This document shows, in pieces, positions 29,596-40,506 of a stretch of 64,000 bases of DNA (within the stretch, counting starts at the first letter, position 1; every line of letters starts with the position of its first letter). The DNA comes from Alphaproteobacteria bacterium (GTDB lineage Bacteria > Pseudomonadota > Alphaproteobacteria > UBA828). Location of the stretch: positions 224,001 through 288,000 of the forward strand of contig CBDCRW010000005.1 of assembly GCA_965221125.1 (NCBI GenBank). The letters are read 5' to 3'. Under the pieces are notes generated by a model that saw only the letters and a program-made list of their open reading frames with translations, did no database searches and was not told where the DNA came from. Position numbers and translations under genes: made by a program.

Positions 29596-30632
29596 CCGGC
29601 TTCCCGACCCGCGCCCCGATCGAGCTGGAGGAGCGGCCGCGCGAGCAGCAATGGCTGGTGGACACGCTATGGGGCGAGCAGGCCGTCGGCATCGTCGGCG
29701 GCGAGCCGAAGTGCGGCAAGTCCATCCTGGCGCTGGACCTCGCGGTCGCAGTCGCCGCCGGCGTCCCATGCCTGCGGCACTTCGCCCCGGCCCGGCCTGG
29801 CCCGGTCCTGCTGTTCGCCGCAGAAGACGCCGGCCACCTCGTGCGCAAGCGCCTGCAGGGGATCGCCCGCGCCGCAGGCGCCCGCTTCGAGACCCTCGAC
29901 ATCGCCGTCATCGACGTGCCCACACTGCGCCTCGACCATCTCGACGACCGCCGCCGCCTGCAGCAGACCGTGGAGCGCATCGCACCGCGCCTCGTGGTCC
30001 TCGACCCCCTGGTCCGCCTGCACGGCGTGGACGAGAACACGGTTGCGGACGTCGCCCCGATCCTCGGCTTCCTGCGCGACCTGCAACGCCGCTTCGAGAC
30101 CGCCGTCCTCCTCGTCCACCACGCCCGCAAGAGCGGGGCCACGAGGCCGGGGCAGGCCCTGCGGGGCAGCAGTGAGCTGCACGCCTGGGGGGACTCGAAC
30201 CTCTACCTGCGCCGCCGGGACCGGCAGACCCTCATGACCGTCGAGCATCGCGCCGCACGCGGTCTCGACGACATCGAGATCGAGCTCAAGGAAGACGGAG
30301 AGGAGCCCTCCTTCCGGCTGCGCCAGCCGCCCACGGCCGGCGGCGGGGCGCCTCAGCCCGAAACACCCGAATGCCGCGTTCTCAAGGCGCTCGCCGACGC
30401 CGGGGCGCCGCTCTCGCAACGCCAGATCCGGGAACGCGCCGCGACCCGGCACAAGACCGTCGGCGTAATCTTGCAAAAGCTCGTCCAGGAGGGTCGCGTC
30501 GCGCGCAACGCCGAGGGCGGCTACAGCGTCGTCGCAGGCGCAGCGGACAAGCGGGCGGCGGCCGCCGCCGCCAACGGCAGCAGTCGGCCGCAGGCCCCGC
30601 GGTTCCCGGAGCCCGGTTCCGCCAACGCCTAG
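29592..30632 (+). CDS. AAA_25/RepA-like RecA-fold ATPase with C-terminal winged HTH
   Basis: WLVDTLW, GGEPKCGKS, LFAAED, VVLDPL, DEN, LVHHARK, RGSS; ATGA coupling. Confidence 0.85.
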   Translation: MTGFPTRAPIELEERPREQQWLVDTLWGEQAVGIVGGEPKCGKSILALDLAVAVAAGVPCLRHFAPARPGPVLLFAAEDAGHLVRKRLQGIARAAGARFETLDIAVIDVPTLRLDHLDDRRRLQQTVERIAPRLVVLDPLVRLHGVDENTVADVAPILGFLRDLQRRFETAVLLVHHARKSGATRPGQALRGSSELHAWGDSNLYLRRRDRQTLMTVEHRAARGLDDIEIELKEDGEEPSFRLRQPPTAGGGAPQPETPECRVLKALADAGAPLSQRQIRERAATRHKTVGVILQKLVQEGRVARNAEGGYSVVAGAADKRAAAAAANGSSRPQAPRFPEPGSANA

Positions 30633-31037
30633 GGGTTCGAGCCGGAACCGCCGTCGGGAACCACCCTTCCCCAACGGTCCGGAAGGCGCTGCGCCTCCAC
30701 CGGGATACTACGTCAGGTGAGCGGCCAGTCCGTGGCCGGAAGCTTGCTTCAGGCCATGGCAGCACTTCGTCGTGTGGACGGTGGCGAGTCACCCGAAGGG
30801 CCGAAGCGAAGCGCAGGAGCGGCGCAGCCGCTTGACGCGCCGACGGCCGCGCGACACCTCGTCAGCTCTCCTCAAGCACCAGTCCAAACCTCAATCAGAC
30901 AGCGACCCCGGACCGCCCGCAGAGACCATGAGCTCCTACGCTTCGATCCGGAAAAGACCGAGCAATCTGGGAAATCAGGGCAGCGATCACGTCAAATAAT
31001 CTGGGAGATTCGGCGTCAAATAACGTGCGAAACAACA

Positions 31038-31370
31038 GATGGAGACGGACTCCTTCAGGTCCGGCGGCGTCGTGAGGCCGATGGTGGCAGAAAGCTGCTC
31101 GGTGCCGAGCGGCTCGTAGCCCCGGTTGGCCTCGTCGCCCGGGTCCTGCCTGATGGCGAGCTTCTCAGCCAGCGGCAGGTCGAAGAAGGCGCGGGAGGCG
31201 TCGCGCGCCCGCGCGCACAGCGCCGGGTCGACCCCGTGGCCCGTGATCAGGAAGAAGCCGATGCGCTCGCAGGCTTCGCTGACCGCGTGCGCCACGCGCT
31301 GCCGGTCGGCGCGGCCCCCGGCGAAATAGGGGCCGAGGTCGATGAGGGGGATCTGGGGTTCGCTCGACAT
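31038..31370 (-). pseudogene. 5' part of the interrupted 2OG-Fe(II) oxygenase
   Basis: IPLIDL...ACERIGFFLITGHGV...NRGY...PPDLKES. Confidence 0.9.
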
Positions 31371-31389
31371 GGCGGCTCCTTGCGCGACG

Positions 31390-32295
31390 CTACTCGCCGG
31401 CGGCGGCGGTGCTATCGAAGGGGTGGCGGCGCCGAAAATCGGCGGCCATCTCGGCCTTGGTCACCATGCGCACGCCGGAGTGCGACATGATGTGATCGAT
31501 GAGCCGCTCCACCATCATGAGGATGTGCGGCTTGCCGGAGCAGTCGGGGTGGATCACGCAGTTGTAGACGGCGTAGTCGTGGTGGCGGTAGATCCAGTCG
31601 AACTGGTCGCGCCACATCTCCTCGATGTCGCGCGGGTTCACCCAGCCGTGGCTGTTGGGGAAGGTTTTCACGAACATCATGGGTGGCGCGTCGTCGAGGT
31701 ACCAGCTCGCCGGCAGCTCGACGAGATCGACCGGCTCGCCCGCCACCCAGGGCTTCATCCACGTGGCCGCGTCCTGGCTGTAGTCGATCTTGGTCCAGCT
31801 GTCGCCCTTGCGCAGGTAGTAGGGGGAGAAGTCGTCCTCCATGAGGCTGCTCTCGTAGACGAAGCCGCGCTCGGTCAGCAGGTCGATGGTGTTGGGGCTG
31901 AGCTCCCACCAGGGGGCGACGTAGCCGGTGGGCCGCTCGCCGCTGAGCTCGGTCACCAGCTCGACGCACTTGTCGAGGACGTCGGCCTCCTGCTGGCGGG
32001 ACATGGCGAGTGGGTTCTCGTGAGTGTAGCCGTGGACGCCGATCTCGTGGCCGTGCTTCGCGACCATCTCGGCTTCCCTCGGGAAGCTCTCGATGGAGTG
32101 GCCGGTGATGTCCCAGGTCGTCCTGATGCCGTAGCGGGCGAACACGTCGAGGATGCGCGGCACCCCCTTGCGCGCCGCGAAGACGCCGCGCGAGATGTCG
32201 CAGGGCGAATCCGCGCCGCCGAACGATCCGATCCAGAGCGAAACCGCATCGAAGTGCGGATTGATGCAAACCTGGATGTCCTTTGCCGTGGCCAT
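31390..32295 (-). CDS. Polysaccharide deacetylase family protein
   Basis: HFDAVS, GHSIESFP, HEIGVHGYTHE, GYVAPWWE, YLDD, IHPD. Confidence 0.85.
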   Translation of the reverse strand: MATAKDIQVCINPHFDAVSLWIGSFGGADSPCDISRGVFAARKGVPRILDVFARYGIRTTWDITGHSIESFPREAEMVAKHGHEIGVHGYTHENPLAMSRQQEADVLDKCVELVTELSGERPTGYVAPWWELSPNTIDLLTERGFVYESSLMEDDFSPYYLRKGDSWTKIDYSQDAATWMKPWVAGEPVDLVELPASWYLDDAPPMMFVKTFPNSHGWVNPRDIEEMWRDQFDWIYRHHDYAVYNCVIHPDCSGKPHILMMVERLIDHIMSHSGVRMVTKAEMAADFRRRHPFDSTAAAGE

Positions 32296-32462
32296 GGTCT
32301 CCCCTCCCCGTGCAGCCCGGTCGCCGTGTCCGCCGATGATAGCGCGCGACGCGCCGGCCGGGCTCCTTTTCCGCCTTCTCTCGGCCTCTAGGGCGCGCTA
32401 CGCTCACGGCAAGGCGCGGGGCAAGAGGGACGCGGCCGGCGGCGGCCGCGGGGAGGCGAGCG

Positions 32463-33557
32463 ATGACCAAGCCGGTGCTGAACCTGACGGGCGAGCCCAA
32501 GGATCGCGGCCGCGCCCACGGCGAGATTCTCTCGCGGGAGATCGACCAGAACCTCGACCGCTACCTCAAGCGCTTCCAGCTCTTAGGGTTCGAGAAGGAC
32601 GCGCTGATGGCGGAGTCCGCGACCTGGGCCGAGGCGCTCCGACCGAAGGACCCGATCTTCTGGGAGGAGATCGACGGCGTGGTCGAGGGCTCGGGCAGGA
32701 GCCTGGAGGAGATCACGCTGCTCAATGTGCGCTACGAGCTGCTCGTCGGCATGATGAAGAGCAAGGCACAGGCCGCGCCACTGCCGGCCGGGGCGGCCGA
32801 CGGCTGCACCTCGTTCGCGGTGCTGCCCGAGCGCTCGAAGAACGGCGATACCGTGATCGGCCAGAACTGGGACTGGGTGCGGGACATCAACACCGCGGTC
32901 TCGCGGGTGACGCGGGACGATGGGCCGGACTTCATCCACATCGGCGAGGTCGGCACCATCGGCGGCATGCAGGGCGTGAACGAGCACGGCATCGGCGTCT
33001 GCATCAACGCCCTGATGACGACGGAGGACGGCACCTACGAATACGAGAGGCCCTTCCGCATGCGGGTGCGGGACATCCTGAATGCCCGCAACATGCACGA
33101 GGCGATCCTCGCCATCTGCGGCACCAACCGCACCGTCGCGATGAACTTCCTCATCGCGCACGAGGACGGCATCGCCATCGACATCGAGACGAGCCCGGAC
33201 AAGGAGGCCTTCATCTACCCGGAGGACGGCCTGCTCACCCACTCCAACCACTTCTGCGCGCTCGACGTGGAATCGGAGGTGGTGAAGCTCTGGCCCAACA
33301 CCATGTACCGCCACGTGCGCCTCGAACGGCTGCTCAGGCAGTCGCAGGAGCTGGACGTGCCGGCCATCGGGGACGCCATGGCCGACCACTTCGCGCACCC
33401 GCACTCGATCTGCGCGCACTACGACGAGGACGAGCCGGAGAACCTGCGGCTGGAGACCAACCATTCGGTGGTGATCTCGCTGAAGCAGCGGACGCTGCAC
33501 ATCACCGACACCCAGCCCTGCCGCTCGTCGTTCGAGGCGTATCCGCTCGCCGCGTGA
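32463..33557 (+). CDS. C45 family autoproteolytic Ntn hydrolase/acyltransferase
   Basis: LNVRYE, DG-CTS nucleophile site, GQNWDW, GVNEHG, HSNHF. Confidence 0.87.
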   Translation: MTKPVLNLTGEPKDRGRAHGEILSREIDQNLDRYLKRFQLLGFEKDALMAESATWAEALRPKDPIFWEEIDGVVEGSGRSLEEITLLNVRYELLVGMMKSKAQAAPLPAGAADGCTSFAVLPERSKNGDTVIGQNWDWVRDINTAVSRVTRDDGPDFIHIGEVGTIGGMQGVNEHGIGVCINALMTTEDGTYEYERPFRMRVRDILNARNMHEAILAICGTNRTVAMNFLIAHEDGIAIDIETSPDKEAFIYPEDGLLTHSNHFCALDVESEVVKLWPNTMYRHVRLERLLRQSQELDVPAIGDAMADHFAHPHSICAHYDEDEPENLRLETNHSVVISLKQRTLHITDTQPCRSSFEAYPLAA

Positions 33558-33591
33558 GCGCCGGCCCGCGGGGCTCGGACGAGGCCGCGCC

Positions 33592-33932
33592 ATGTGCGCC
33601 TTCTGCGCGATGATGGCGGACGGCAGCACCCATTGGACCGAGGCCGGCACCGATGCCGGGCAGACAGAAGAACCCGAGAGCGGGCGCGCGCGCTACCTCG
33701 GCCGCCTGCGCCGGGTCGCGCTGGTCAACCGCATCCTCGATCACTACGGCTGCGAGGCGTCGGACTGGGCCAACAACCAGTACGTCGTCAGGAGTCGCGA
33801 CGGGCGGACGAGCCTGGTGGCGCACCTGCCCCAGGTCTGGGCGGCGGCGGAGGAGATCGCCGGCCGCCCGCTCGACCCCCTGGACCCGGCGCTCGTGGAT
33901 GCGCTCCGCCGCGCCACTGCGCCTGCGGGAGT

Positions 33933-33936
<4 letters not shown>
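33592..33936 (+). CDS. Small hypothetical protein with N-terminal CxxC...HW motif
   Basis: MCAFC...HW...RVALVNRIL...DW...DPLDP; coding-like codon usage. Confidence 0.65.
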
Positions 33937-35798
<1,862 letters not shown>

Positions 35799-35904
35799 GG
35801 CGGGTTTCTGCGCCGTCCGCGCGTGCGGCGCAAGGCCCGGCCGACGCCGATTCCGCGGATGTGCGACAATGGCGGCCACACACAGGGATGAGGGAGAGCG
35901 CCCC

Positions 35905-36237
35905 ATGCTGATCGTCGCCGTCGTCTTCGAGTTCGTGCCCGGCGGGTTCGACCGCATCGAGGCGGAGGTCCTCGACGCCGTCGAGAACTCGCGCAAGGAG
36001 CCCGGCGCGCAGATCTACGACTGGGCCATCGACGTCACCGCGCCCAACCGGGCCATCATCTTCGAGGTGTGGGACGACCAGGCGGCGCTCGATGCGCACT
36101 TCACCCATCCCTACATGGACACCCTCGTCGCGGCGCTGAGCGCGGCCAACATCCGCGGCGACATCACCCACTACTCGGCGGAGATCTACGACGTGAGCGG
36201 CAAGCGCGACATGGGCTTCCGGCTGCCGACCGAATAG
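35905..36237 (+). CDS. Putative quinol monooxygenase (ABM domain)
   Basis: SRKEPG...FEVW...ALDAHF..PYM. Confidence 0.8.
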   Translation: MLIVAVVFEFVPGGFDRIEAEVLDAVENSRKEPGAQIYDWAIDVTAPNRAIIFEVWDDQAALDAHFTHPYMDTLVAALSAANIRGDITHYSAEIYDVSGKRDMGFRLPTE

Positions 36238-36260
36238 TGCGTGCCGAACGAGGTATCGCC

Positions 36261-36674
36261 GTGAGCGCCGGCCCCATCGCGCCGCCCTTCGACGAGAGCG
36301 CGGCGCGCGCCATCGTCCAGGCCTTCGAGGACGCCTGGAACCGCAGGGTCGCCGAAGAGATCCCCAAGACCTGCACGGCGGACACACGCTGGCGCTACCG
36401 CGAGGCCTTCGTCGAAGGGCGGGAGAACATCGTGCCGTTCCTGCGCGAACGCTGGCCGCTGCAGGAGCACTATCGGCTCAGGAAGGAGCTGTGGAGCTAC
36501 ACGGCGAACCGCATCTCCGTGCGCTTCGTCAGCGAATGGCGCCACCGCGACAGCGGCCAGTGGTACCGGACGCACGGCAACGAGCACTGGGCGTTCGCGG
36601 CGGACGGGCTGCAGAGCGTGCTCGATCTCTCCGCCAACGACATCCCGATCGAGGAGTCCGAGCGCTCGCTCTGA
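36261..36674 (+). CDS. DUF1348/SnoaL-like protein
   Basis: PPF...EDAWN...WRYR...YRLRKELW...WYRTHGNEHW. Confidence 0.82.
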   Translation: MSAGPIAPPFDESAARAIVQAFEDAWNRRVAEEIPKTCTADTRWRYREAFVEGRENIVPFLRERWPLQEHYRLRKELWSYTANRISVRFVSEWRHRDSGQWYRTHGNEHWAFAADGLQSVLDLSANDIPIEESERSL

Positions 36675-36692
36675 TTACCAGCCGAGTGGGGA

Positions 36693-38411
36693 TTACCAAC
36701 CCAGCGCGCGGCTCATGCGCCGGGGGTCGGCGGCGCCTTCGATCCCGCCGGTCTCGAGGTCCTGGCGGACGGCGCAGACGCCGCCGGTCCAGTGCGACCA
36801 GTCGTCCAGCCGCTCGACCCGGTGGCCGCGCGCGGCGAGCGCATCGCCGGTCGTGTCGTCAAAGCGCCCTTCGAGGGTGACGAGGCCCGGACGCGCCGCG
36901 TGGGGCGCGAAGGAATCCGGGTGGCTGTGGGTGACGAGGCGCGGGGCCTCCACCGCATCCTGCAGGCCGAGGCCGAAGGCCAGGTGGCCGAGTAGCGTCT
37001 GCAGGTTCGCCTGAATTTGCGTGTCGCCGCCGGGGGTGCCGAAGGGCATGACCCAGCGGCCGGGAGAGAGGGCGAGGCAGGGGTTGGGCGTGAGCCGCGG
37101 CCGCTTGCCCGGCGCGAGGCAGGAGGGGTGCCCCCGCACTGCCCGCGACTGCGCGCCGCGCGAGGAGACCGCGAGCCCGGTCCCCGGCACCACCGGCGTA
37201 TCCCAGCTCGTGTCCGACGGCGTCGAGCAGAGCGCGTTCCCGTCCCCGTCGATGACGCAGACGATGGACGTGTCGGCCGGCGGCTTCAGCGACGCGGAGC
37301 ACGCGCCCGCCGGCGGAACGTATGGCTCGTGGCCCGCGATCCGGCCGGGGCGCGGCATGCCGGGGGATGCCGTGCGGGGGTCGATGGCCTTGCTCCGCTC
37401 CGCCGCGTAGGCGTCGCTGGTGAGCGCATCGAGAGGCACGTCCACGAAGTCCGGGTCGCCGAGGTAGCCTTCCCGGTCGGCGAACGTGAGCTTGAGGGTC
37501 TCGGCGATTGTATGCAGGTAAGCGTCCGAACCGTACTGCCGATCGGCGATGCCCGCCGCCTCGGCGATGGCGAGCGCCTCCAGCAGGAACGGCCCCTGGC
37601 ACCAGGCGCCGCAGGTGTGGACCTCGACCGCCTCGCCGTCGAAGCGGAAGCGCCGGGAAACGGAGGGCACGATCCGGCAGCGGAAGGAGTCCAGGTCGTC
37701 CGCCGTGAGCAGCCCGTCGTTCTCTCTCTGGTGCGCGAGAATCTGGCGCGCGATGTCGCCCCGGTAGAACGCGCGGCGCACGGCGGCGAGGCCGGCCATG
37801 CGGTCGCCGCCGGCCGCGCGCTCCTCATCGCAGAGGAACTTGAGGGTCCGGCCGAGATCGGCTTGTACCAGCCGCTCGCCAGGCGCCGGCACGGCGCCGC
37901 CGGGCATCCAGATCGCGACGTTCTCCGGCCACTGGCGGAATTCATCGGCGTGGCTGCGCACGTAATCGAGCATGACCGGGTGGCGGGGAAAACCCTCGGC
38001 CGCGTAGCGCACCGCGCGCGCCGCCACGTCGCGGAAGCACATGGTGCCCCAGCGCTCCAGCGCCTGGATGCAGGCGTCCGGGGCGGCCGGCACCACGGTG
38101 CGCCGCACGCCGAGGGGGATGGTGCCCCCGTGGCGCGCGATGAAGGCGTCCGCGTCGAGCGCCCGCGGCCAGCCGCCGACGCCGGCGATGGTGACGACCT
38201 CGCCGGTCGCCGCGAGGCGGACGATCATCGGCGCGACCCCGGCCACGCTCACCTGGTCGCTGTAGACGACGCCGAGGGTCAGGATCGCGGCGACGCCCGC
38301 GTCGATCGCGTTGCCGCCGTTCTCCAGCGCCTCGAACGCGGCCAGCGCCGCGAGCTCGTGGCCTGCGCTGACGACGTGGTGGTGGCCGCGGGTGACGGGG
38401 ACGACGGACAT
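36693..38411 (-). CDS. Gamma-glutamyltransferase family protein
   Basis: GGNAIDA, FADRE, DT nucleophile (ADTS), PGKRP, GTPGG, ADPRR. Confidence 0.9.
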   Translation of the reverse strand: MSVVPVTRGHHHVVSAGHELAALAAFEALENGGNAIDAGVAAILTLGVVYSDQVSVAGVAPMIVRLAATGEVVTIAGVGGWPRALDADAFIARHGGTIPLGVRRTVVPAAPDACIQALERWGTMCFRDVAARAVRYAAEGFPRHPVMLDYVRSHADEFRQWPENVAIWMPGGAVPAPGERLVQADLGRTLKFLCDEERAAGGDRMAGLAAVRRAFYRGDIARQILAHQRENDGLLTADDLDSFRCRIVPSVSRRFRFDGEAVEVHTCGAWCQGPFLLEALAIAEAAGIADRQYGSDAYLHTIAETLKLTFADREGYLGDPDFVDVPLDALTSDAYAAERSKAIDPRTASPGMPRPGRIAGHEPYVPPAGACSASLKPPADTSIVCVIDGDGNALCSTPSDTSWDTPVVPGTGLAVSSRGAQSRAVRGHPSCLAPGKRPRLTPNPCLALSPGRWVMPFGTPGGDTQIQANLQTLLGHLAFGLGLQDAVEAPRLVTHSHPDSFAPHAARPGLVTLEGRFDDTTGDALAARGHRVERLDDWSHWTGGVCAVRQDLETGGIEGAADPRRMSRALGW

Positions 38412-38520
38412 GGCAACCTGCGAAAGCGGTGGACGGGCATGGGTTGGCCCGGAGCAGTATAGACTGTAATGCAACGGCGGCGTCTCGCCTGCCGATCAAC
38501 CTCACGGGGGCCGAAAGTCA

Positions 38521-39285
38521 ATGCAACGTGTGTGTCTTGTCATCGGCGCCGGCGCCGGGATCGGCAGCCATGTCGGAAGCCGCTTCGCCCGCGAGGGCTA
38601 CCACGCCGTCCTCTGCCGGCGGACGGACGAGCAAGGGCTGAGCCGCGCGGTCGCCGCCATCGTCGCGGAGGGCGCCGCCGCCTCGGGCTTCCTGCTGAAC
38701 GCCGTGGCGCCCGATGCGATCGAGGAGCGCATCGCCGCGGTCGAGGCGGAGATCGGGCCGATCGAGGTGGCGGTCTACAACCTGGGCGCGCAGATCGGCG
38801 ACCGGGCGCTTGCAGACACCAGCCACAAGGCATTCGAGCTGGGCTGGCGGCTTGCGACCTTCGGCCTGTTCCGCACCGCATCCAGCGTCTGCCCGCTGAT
38901 GGCGGAACGGGGCGGGGGGACGATCCTCGTGACCTCGGCGACTGCGGCGATGCGCGGCAACAAGGGCCAGCATTCCCACGCTTCCGCCATGGCCGGGCGG
39001 CGCATGCTGTGCCAGAGCCTCAATGCGGAGTTCGGGCCGAAGGGCATTCACGTGGCCCACGTCATCGTCGACGGCATGGTCGATGCGCCCGATACCCTGG
39101 GCCGGATGCTGGGCGCGGACGGGTTCCGCAAGCTGCGGGAGGAACGGGGGCTGGAGAAGGACGGCCTGCTGCTCCCCGCCGCGATCGCCGATACCTATTT
39201 CCACCTGTCGCAGCAGCACCGCTCCGCCTGGACGCAGGAGCTGGATTTGCGGCCGTTCTCCGACAAGCCGTGGTGGAACGACTGA
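38521..39285 (+). CDS. SDR family oxidoreductase
   Basis: GAGAGIG, YNLGA, TSATAAMRG, HVAHVIVDG, WTQELDLRP. Confidence 0.88.
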   Translation: MQRVCLVIGAGAGIGSHVGSRFAREGYHAVLCRRTDEQGLSRAVAAIVAEGAAASGFLLNAVAPDAIEERIAAVEAEIGPIEVAVYNLGAQIGDRALADTSHKAFELGWRLATFGLFRTASSVCPLMAERGGGTILVTSATAAMRGNKGQHSHASAMAGRRMLCQSLNAEFGPKGIHVAHVIVDGMVDAPDTLGRMLGADGFRKLREERGLEKDGLLLPAAIADTYFHLSQQHRSAWTQELDLRPFSDKPWWND

Positions 39286-39288
39286 GGT

Positions 39289-39556
39289 CGGAGCGTTTCC
39301 GTACCTGACGGACGCGCTCTAAAGCGATTTCCGATCTTACGAGATCACTGCGGACGGAGCGTTCCCACCTCCCCCTGTCCCCCTCCCCCCAATGGGCGGA
39401 GGGGGGACGCTGACACCGATGGCGGAGTCTCCCTCTCCTCCCCTCGGGGGAGGAGAGGGCCGGGGTGAGGTGGGGGATTCTTCTGGCCGCGCGGAATGTG
39501 AAGTCGTGACTCTGCGGCAACTGCGAACGATTCCGGCCGGTCGGAAACCGCTCCAG
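39289..39556 (+). repeat. Mini family A hairpin fused to a family B repeat
   Basis: GAGCGTTTCCGT...ACGGACGCGCTCTA followed by AAGCGATTTCCGATCTTACGAGATCACTGCGG... Confidence 0.82.
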
Positions 39557-39624
39557 CCAGCCGGTGACGCCGGCCTGCTTGTCAGGCGTGCTTGCAACGC
39601 GACCGTCCCTCCGCCACAATCGCA

Positions 39625-39715
39625 GGCGCTCTGGGGGAGCCGTACGCGGCTGAGAGGTCGGACCCACCCGACGACCCCTTGAACCTGATCCGGTTAGGAC
39701 CGGCGTAGGAAACGA
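39625..39715 (+). ncRNA. TPP riboswitch
   Basis: GGGGAGCC...GGCTGAGA...ACCCCTTGAACCTGATCCGGTTAGGACCGGCGTAGGAA upstream of thiXYZ-like genes. Confidence 0.93.
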
Positions 39716-39718
39716 GAC

Positions 39719-40494
39719 GTGCCCCCGCCACAACACCAACACTCCGAATCGAACCACGCCGTTCGCGTGCACGGCGCGCGCGCTTCGGCTTCGAAGGCAC
39801 GCTGCTCTTCGACGGCCTGGAGCTCGGCCTGGAGCGGGGACGCTGGACCTGCCTGCTGGGGCCGAGCGGCGTGGGGAAATCCAGCCTGCTGCGGGTCATT
39901 GCGGGCCTGGAGCGGCTGGAGGCCGGCGGCCTCGCCGTGGACGGCGGTGCGTCGGTCGCCTACATGGCGCAGCAGGACCTGTTGATGCCGTGGCTGAGCG
40001 CGCTCGGCAACGTCTCCCTCGGCGCGCGCCTGCGCGGCGAGACGCCGGACCGCGCACGCGCGCGCGCGATGCTGGAGCGCGTGGGCCTCGGCGGAGAGGC
40101 CGACGCGCTGCCGCACACGCTCTCCGGAGGCATGCGCCAGCGGGTGGCGCTCGCGCGTACGCTGATGGAGGACCGCCCCATCGTCCTCATGGACGAGCCG
40201 TTCTCCGCGCTCGACGCGATCACGCGCATGCGGCTGCAGGAGCTTGCCGCCGGCCTGCTCGCCAGCCGCACGGTGCTGCTGGTGACCCACGACCCGCTGG
40301 AGGCGCTGCGGCTGGGGGATCGCATCTACGTCATGGCGGGGCGCCCGGCCTCGCTGCAGAGCGCGCCCGCGCCCGACGGCCCGCCGCCCCGCAGGCCCCG
40401 CGACCGCTCCCTGCAGGCGATGCATGCGGAGCTGCTCGAACGGCTCGGCGCGGCCGACGACGCCGGGGCCGAGCTGCGGCCCGCCACCCGATGA
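39719..40494 (+). pseudogene. ThiZ-like ABC ATP-binding protein with apparent frameshift near 39774-39783
   Basis: GPSGVGKS, LSGGMRQR, MDEPFSALD; the catalytic frame has no ATG/GTG/TTG between a stop at 39706 and the Walker A motif. Confidence 0.65.
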
Positions 40495-40506
40495 CGGCGG
40501 CGGGGA

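Larger units (their letters stand above)
26417..31037 (+). mobile_element. 4621-bp DDE transposon with TGTTGTTT...AAACAACA ends and GATGG target-site duplication
   Basis: GATGG at 26412-26416 and 31038-31042; 8-bp terminal inverted repeat; four co-oriented genes; splits a gene that is restored in frame. Confidence 0.93.

Noticed and set aside
30717-31490. 257-aa ORF crossing the transposon right end
   Set aside because: Mostly antisense to the oxygenase 5' half and spans the insertion junction, so it is a chance fusion
25692-33557. IPNS-like oxygenase plus C45 acyltransferase as a penicillin biosynthetic cluster
   Set aside because: No ACV synthetase or other NRPS in the window; both families are broad and common in catabolic loci
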